Origin: Candidatus Sumerlaeia bacterium
GTDB taxonomy: Bacteria > Sumerlaeota > Sumerlaeia > SLMS01
DNA length: 13,815 bases
Direction: 5' to 3'
Assembly (NCBI GenBank): GCA_038208905.1
Contig: JBBQYG010000104.1
Span: 1-13,815, forward strand
Below, in pieces: positions 9,163 through 13,815 of the stretch (the first letter of the stretch is position 1; each line of letters opens with the position of its first letter). Under the pieces are notes generated by a model, which did no database searches, was not told the origin of the DNA, and saw only the letters and a program-made list of their open reading frames with translations. Both the position numbers and the translations under genes were made by a program.

Positions 9163-10749
9163 ATGCGGAATGAGGCAACATCGTCGCGGCGGCTGGAGGT
9201 CCTGTACTGGGCTGGCTGGGTGCTTGTGGCGGTGTTCTTCCTCGCGCGGTTTGTCCACCTTGGCGCGGACTTCACCACGGATCGGAGCTACTCCGGCGAC
9301 GGCGTGCTCTATACCGACGAGGGGTGGTATTCCGCCAACGCCATCGCGCTGCATCGGCTTGGCCACTGGTATCGCCCCAACGAGCTGAACTTCGCGGTGA
9401 ACCTGCCCGTGTTGCAGGTGCTTCACGCGGCCAGCTTCGCCGTGCTGGGCGTCAACATCGCCGCCGCGCGGACGACGATCATCCTGTGCCTCTTGGCGAC
9501 GCTGGCGCTGATGTTCCTGCTGGTGAGGCGTTACGAGGACCGGTGGGCGGCGCTGATCGCGGTGCTGTGGGTCGCCTCCAACTACTTCTTCTTTCTCCAC
9601 AGCCGCTTCGCCCTCGCGGAAATCCCCATGATGATGTTTGCAACGGCGAGCCTGCTGTTGGCTTCGTATTCGGGAAGTCCGCGCGGCTGGTGGTTCGCGG
9701 CGGGCGCGGGAATCGCGTTTGCGCTCTCCTTCTATACAAAGTCCAGCGCGGTGTTTGCCTTCCCGCTGATGCTGGCTGCCGTATTCCTTGCCCCCGGAAG
9801 CTGGCGCAACGGCCTAGCCAAGGCGGGCGTCGCGGCTGGCGCATTCGCGCTCTGCTTCCTTCTGCACTTCCTCGTTCTGGCACGTCCCTATTGGGCGGAC
9901 TACACCTACTTCCACACGCTGAACGTGGGGGCCAACGCGCGGCTGGAGGCGGGGCTCGCGGTGGAGAACTTCTTCCGCCTGCTCGACCGCATCATCCTCG
10001 TCGATAAGGTCGGCTATCAGGCGATGTGGGCGGCGATTCCGCTGGCGCTGATCTTCAGCCCCAACTATCGGCGCCATCCGCTCCTCTGGTTTTCCATCGC
10101 TTGGATCGCGATTTACCTGGCGATGTTTGGCGTCTATGCAAACCTGCGGCCCCGCTATTGGGCGGCGCTGGCGGTGCCAATGGGCATAATCGTCGGAGTC
10201 ACCGCGCGCCACTTCGTCCGCGTTGGCATCGGTTGGCGCCCCGGCGCGGTTGCGGCTGGGATTCTTGGGATTCTTCTCGTGCTGGGCGTTCTAAGAAATA
10301 CGCGGGATACGCTCCGCTATCTCGGCGATCCGAGATATACATTCGCGGAGATGGCGGCGGAGGTAAAGCGCACCCTCGACGCCGATCCCGATTCGCGAGG
10401 GATCCTGCTGGGGCACTTCGCCACCACCTTCGCGCTCTACGAGGAAATCCTCCCCGTCAACGACCGCTTCGCCCCCGTGCCGCTGGAGGTCCGCCTCGCC
10501 GAGTACGATCCGCGCTACCTGGTGACGGAATCCACCCGGGAGGAGCGCGACTACGCCAACCAGTGGGCCACCATCACCTCCGCCGAGGGTGGCCTCCGCG
10601 AGAAGGCCCTCCGCGCCCGCTATGACAACATCGAGCTGATCCAACAGTTCGACGTGTTCGACAACTACAAGGATTGGCCTGTTAGTCTGTATAGGCTGGG
10701 GAAGGCAGGGAATGGGGAATTGGGGATGGGGAATGGCCCGACGCCCTAG
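9163..10749 (+). CDS. ArnT/PMT-like (GT-C fold) membrane glycosyltransferase
   Basis: N-terminal TM followed by YTDEGWY..NA (DE motif of the first external loop), then many TM helices, SRFALAE, FYTK, RPRY and a soluble C-terminal domain; ATG 9163 chosen. Confidence 0.8.
   Translation: MRNEATSSRRLEVLYWAGWVLVAVFFLARFVHLGADFTTDRSYSGDGVLYTDEGWYSANAIALHRLGHWYRPNELNFAVNLPVLQVLHAASFAVLGVNIAAARTTIILCLLATLALMFLLVRRYEDRWAALIAVLWVASNYFFFLHSRFALAEIPMMMFATASLLLASYSGSPRGWWFAAGAGIAFALSFYTKSSAVFAFPLMLAAVFLAPGSWRNGLAKAGVAAGAFALCFLLHFLVLARPYWADYTYFHTLNVGANARLEAGLAVENFFRLLDRIILVDKVGYQAMWAAIPLALIFSPNYRRHPLLWFSIAWIAIYLAMFGVYANLRPRYWAALAVPMGIIVGVTARHFVRVGIGWRPGAVAAGILGILLVLGVLRNTRDTLRYLGDPRYTFAEMAAEVKRTLDADPDSRGILLGHFATTFALYEEILPVNDRFAPVPLEVRLAEYDPRYLVTESTREERDYANQWATITSAEGGLREKALRARYDNIELIQQFDVFDNYKDWPVSLYRLGKAGNGELGMGNGPTP
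10708..10735 (+). repeat. Heptamer tandem array (GGGRATK)4 inside the 3' end of the glycosyltransferase gene
   Basis: GGGAATG GGGAATT GGGGATG GGGAATG; shares a 15-bp exact match (CAGGGAATGGGGAAT, 10706-10720) with 9106-9120. Confidence 0.75.
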
Positions 10750-10897
10750 CCTTGTCATTCGCGCGCCTACCTGATGACTCTGCAAAATGTGACCGAGCTA
10801 CTTCCCCGTTCCCCTCGCCCAAATTGCCCTTTTCTTTCCACGCAACTGCCAACAACCTCGCTCGGCTTCGTGCCTCAAGCCCAAGAAAGAGGGTTCC

Positions 10898-12445
10898 ATG
10901 GAATCGGATGTGCTGGTTATTGGAGTCGGTGCGGCGGGCGCCGCGTGCGCGCTCAGGGCCGCAGATCTCGGGTTGTCCGTCGTCGTGATGACGGGGTCCA
11001 GCCAGCCCGACAGGAACTCCAACACGAGCTGGGCCCAAGGCGGCATCATCTATCGCGGCGAGAACGATTCGCCGGAAATGCTCTCTCGCGATATCGAGGA
11101 AGCCGGCGACGGCATCTGCAGCAAGGAGGCCGTCCACCTTCTCGCCACCCGCGGGCCCGAGGTCGTCCGCGAGTTGCTGATCGAGCGATGCGGCGTTCCC
11201 TTCGACCAGACCAACGGCGAGCTGCACCTGACCGAGGAGGCGGCGCATTCGTGTCCGCGCATCATCCATGTGGAGGACTCCACCGGTCGCGCCATCGCCA
11301 CCCACCTGCTGCGCGAGGTGGAGAAGCATCCCAACATCCGCCTCGTCCGCGGAGCGACCGCCGTTGACCTGATCATGCGCGGGCTGCACTCCGTCGATCC
11401 CACCGACATCTACTATCGTCCGCGCTGCCTGGGCGCGTATGCGATGCTGGACAGCGGCGTCGTGGAGCCCTTCGTCGCGCGGGAAACGGTGCTCGCGACG
11501 GGCGGGCTCGGCCAGATATACCTGCACACCACCAACCCCCAGAAGGCGCGGGGAGACGGCCAGGCGATGGCGTGGCGCGCGGGCGCCCGCGTCATCAATC
11601 TGGAGTATGTCCAGTTCCATCCCACCGCGCTGTATCATCGGCTGGCGCCGCGGTTCCTGCTGAGCGAATCGCTGCGCGGCGAGGGCGGGCGCCTCCTCGA
11701 CCGCGAGGGTCGTCCCTTCATGAAGAAGTACGACGCCCTTGGCGACCTTGCCCCGCGCGACGTGGTGGCGCGCGGCGTTCATCAGGAGATGATCGAGCAG
11801 GGCGACGACTGCATGTACCTGGACATTTCGCATCGCGACGCGGAATGGGTCCGCACGCGGTTCCCCATGATTTATCGCCAATGCCTGCAATACGGAATCG
11901 ATATCACCCAGGGGCCGTGCCCCATCGTCCCCGCGGCCCACTACTCCTGTGGCGGCGTGGCGGTGGACTTGTATGGCCAGACGAATGTCGTGGGACTTCG
12001 CGCTGCGGGGGAAGCGAGCTGCACCGGCGTCCACGGCGCCAACCGGCTCGCCAGCACGTCGCTTCTGGAGGCGATCACCTGGGGCTTTCAGTCGGCGGAG
12101 GGCATTCACCGCGACATCGCCGGCAACCCGCTTCCAAGGATCAAGGAAGTGGAGCCGTGGCAGCTCGAGAACGAGGAAGTCGATCCCACGCTGATCCAGC
12201 AGGACTGGAACACGATCCGCATGACGATGTGGAACTACGTGGGTCTCGTCCGCCGGAGGAAGCACCTGGATCGCGCGCTGAAGATCCTCCGCGAGTTGCA
12301 GTACGAGGTCGAATACTTCTACCGCCGCGCGCGCCTGACCGACGACATGATCGGCCTGCGCAACGGCGTCCAGACGGCTATCGCCGTAACCCACGCGGCC
12401 TATCGCAACCGCGTCAGCCGCGGGGGGCACCACCGCATCGACTAG
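10898..12445 (+). CDS. nadB: L-aspartate oxidase
   Basis: FAD-binding VIGVGAAG, SNTSWAQGGI, EAAHS..RI.H..D.TG, VQFHPT, SESLRGEG, LAPRDVVAR, HYSCGG, GVHGANRLASTSLLE, SRGGH; SD GAGGG upstream. Confidence 0.95.
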   Translation: MESDVLVIGVGAAGAACALRAADLGLSVVVMTGSSQPDRNSNTSWAQGGIIYRGENDSPEMLSRDIEEAGDGICSKEAVHLLATRGPEVVRELLIERCGVPFDQTNGELHLTEEAAHSCPRIIHVEDSTGRAIATHLLREVEKHPNIRLVRGATAVDLIMRGLHSVDPTDIYYRPRCLGAYAMLDSGVVEPFVARETVLATGGLGQIYLHTTNPQKARGDGQAMAWRAGARVINLEYVQFHPTALYHRLAPRFLLSESLRGEGGRLLDREGRPFMKKYDALGDLAPRDVVARGVHQEMIEQGDDCMYLDISHRDAEWVRTRFPMIYRQCLQYGIDITQGPCPIVPAAHYSCGGVAVDLYGQTNVVGLRAAGEASCTGVHGANRLASTSLLEAITWGFQSAEGIHRDIAGNPLPRIKEVEPWQLENEEVDPTLIQQDWNTIRMTMWNYVGLVRRRKHLDRALKILRELQYEVEYFYRRARLTDDMIGLRNGVQTAIAVTHAAYRNRVSRGGHHRID

Positions 12446-12477
12446 AGTGACTCTCGAAAGTCCTATCGTATTCCAAC

Positions 12478-12539
12478 GTAGCTTGGGCGTCTCGCCCGAG
12501 CCCCGTCGCCCCCACACGCGGGCAAGATGCCCACGATAC
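12478..12539. repeat. REP-like doublet (REPIN/BIME-like): two inverted 23-bp palindromic units
   Basis: GTAGCTTGGGCGTCTCGCCCGAG (12478-12500) and, on the minus strand, GTATCGTGGGCATCTTGCCCGCG (12539-12517); 18/23 identical, 16-nt spacer, GTAG/GTAT tetranucleotide followed by a hairpin. Confidence 0.75.
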
Positions 12540-12674
12540 TCTTTTACGGCGTCCTCCATCGCGACAAGAATTTCGAGAACCGCTCTAGCGGTGACAGGCC
12601 AATGGGATTTCATGGGTCCAATATCCCGATTACTCGCCCACTGATCGCCCCAATCCCGAATTGCCCCACCACAG

Positions 12675-12701
12675 AAAAGGCCCGCCCCCAAGGGCGGGCC
12701 T
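12675..12701 (-). terminator. Rho-independent terminator of the minus-strand pseudopilin gene(s)
   Basis: Stem AGGCCCGCCC (12678-12687) / GGGCGGGCCT (12692-12701), loop CCAA, followed on the minus strand by a short U-rich tail; 25 nt past the stop at 12727. Confidence 0.75.
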
Positions 12702-12726
12702 GAATTATTCCCGGCTCGGCGAGCGC

Positions 12727-13392
12727 CTACTGGCGCGGGCCAACGAAGTTGGTTACGTCGTCGTTGTCCAAGCCACGTTCCGGATTGGCAAGCGTTTCGC
12801 CATCCGCCCCGACGGAGATGATCTGGAACGTCGAGGGTCCATACCAAGTCTCCGTTGCCGCAAAGGGGCTGTTGGAGGGTAGCTCCGTCCCGCCGCGCCG
12901 ACTATAGTCCGACGCGCGGATGTACTGATAAGGAAATCCGAATGGGTCCAGAAAGCTGATCAGCCCCTGACTGGTGCTGGAGGAGAAATCGGGATCCGTG
13001 GTCGGCGTGCCGTCCGCCGTTCCAAGCCGGTTGTAGTCCCAATCGACGTAGGGCCCGCCCCAGCGCGGCGAAAGCGGAGTGAAAGGCTGACCGTTCAGCG
13101 AGGAGCGCAGAGCCACCTGCAAGTAGCCGCTCCCCTCCGCGAAGCCTCTGGTGTCGACGCCGGCCGGGGCCAGGGTAAGGCCCGAACCCGACGGCGGCAA
13201 CTGCCCGGTATCGATCTCGTACTGCGTGATGGCGATTTCCAGCGTGCGTATCTCGACCCTCGCACGGGCGTACTTGGCGCGGAGGATCTCCTTGCCATAG
13301 ACGCCCACGCCGATCGTCGCCAGAAGGGCGAGGACGACGAGCACAACGAGGAGCTCGAGCAGCGTGACGCCGAATTTAGGGGCCGATTTCAT
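12727..13392 (-). CDS. Prepilin-type / GspG-like pseudopilin
   Basis: Class III signal peptide MKSAPKFG|VTLLELLVVLVVLALLA (Gly-1, Glu+5), helix I..LE.AI..YEIDTG..P, WGGPYV, DPFGFPYQY, FQIISVGADG, DDVTNF, as in T2SS GspG-like pilins. Confidence 0.88.
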   Translation of the reverse strand: MKSAPKFGVTLLELLVVLVVLALLATIGVGVYGKEILRAKYARARVEIRTLEIAITQYEIDTGQLPPSGSGLTLAPAGVDTRGFAEGSGYLQVALRSSLNGQPFTPLSPRWGGPYVDWDYNRLGTADGTPTTDPDFSSSTSQGLISFLDPFGFPYQYIRASDYSRRGGTELPSNSPFAATETWYGPSTFQIISVGADGETLANPERGLDNDDVTNFVGPRQ

Positions 13393-13452
13393 AGCGTTGC
13401 CTTGGCAATTTCCCGGAGGATGGCAGGGGGGCGGTCAAGCCCCCCCAAGCCA

Positions 13453-13815
13453 TTAGAATCCAGAGAAGCGGGTCTCGTTGATCGAAACGCCCGCAAAGGA
13501 GTAAAAGATGTCGTTGCCCTGGTCGAGCGGGTTCCCCGTGAACTCCGTCTCGCCGTCCGGGCCGAAGGAGACCACAGCATAGCGGTCGAAGCGATCCGCT
13601 TCCAGGCTCGTCAACTGCCCGTCGTCCATTCCAAGCACCAAGCCCGAGGTGGAATCGGGAAGTCCGAAGGAGCCGACGATGCCGCCCGCCGTGTAGAACC
13701 GGTAAGGGTTGCCCCACGGATCGACGACGAGGTCCAGCGTCAAGTTGCCGGAACCGATGACCTGGGGATCCTCGCCGACGACTCGGAGGCGCTTGGGGTT
13801 GAGGACTGGGCCCTG
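13453..13815 (-). CDS. Second GspG-like pseudopilin, C-terminal part (5' end outside window)
   Basis: The frame is open to the window edge: QGPVLNPKRLRVVGEDPQVIGSGNLTLDLVVDPWGNPYRFY...YAVVSFGPDG...NDIFYSF; DPWGNPY and SxGPDG are GspG C-terminal motifs. Confidence 0.8.
   Translation of the reverse strand, partial: QGPVLNPKRLRVVGEDPQVIGSGNLTLDLVVDPWGNPYRFYTAGGIVGSFGLPDSTSGLVLGMDDGQLTSLEADRFDRYAVVSFGPDGETEFTGNPLDQGNDIFYSFAGVSINETRFSGF

Noticed and set aside
10750..10897. NAD-related riboswitch or NadR/NrtR operator upstream of nadB
   Set aside because: No convincing motif or palindrome recognised by eye.
10682..12847. 721-aa minus-strand ORF
   Set aside because: Antisense shadow of nadB caused by high-GC codon bias; no recognisable domain, and it runs through repeats.
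13426..13445. Hairpin GGGGGGC-GGTCAA-GCCCCCC between the pilin genes as a terminator or promoter
   Set aside because: No U-tract, and the minus-strand TTGACC has no properly spaced -10; at most an mRNA-processing or stability hairpin.

Overview
GC-rich bacterial chromosomal window, mostly housekeeping and envelope genes. From left to right: the 3' end of an ABC-transporter ATPase, a 129-aa hypothetical gene, a decayed parDE-type toxin-antitoxin remnant (frameshifted, internally deleted, not shown correctly in the ORF track), an ABC-type permease, a compact C4 zinc-ribbon gene behind a candidate sigma-54 promoter and upstream palindrome, dapA (minus strand), cysD-cysNC (sulfate activation), pilT, an ArnT/PMT-like (GT-C) membrane glycosyltransferase, nadB, and two GspG-like (pseudo)pilin genes on the minus strand. 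Intergenic regions carry several repeat types: an inverted 9-mer tandem array, two direct heptamer arrays bracketing the glycosyltransferase, and a REP-like doublet with compensatory base changes. I see no rRNA, tRNA, CRISPR array or intact mobile element, and I cannot show a new multi-gene system from sequence alone. The best leads are the sigma-54/zinc-ribbon module, the parDE relic, the repeat architecture, and a speculative link between pilins, glycosylation and sulfation.
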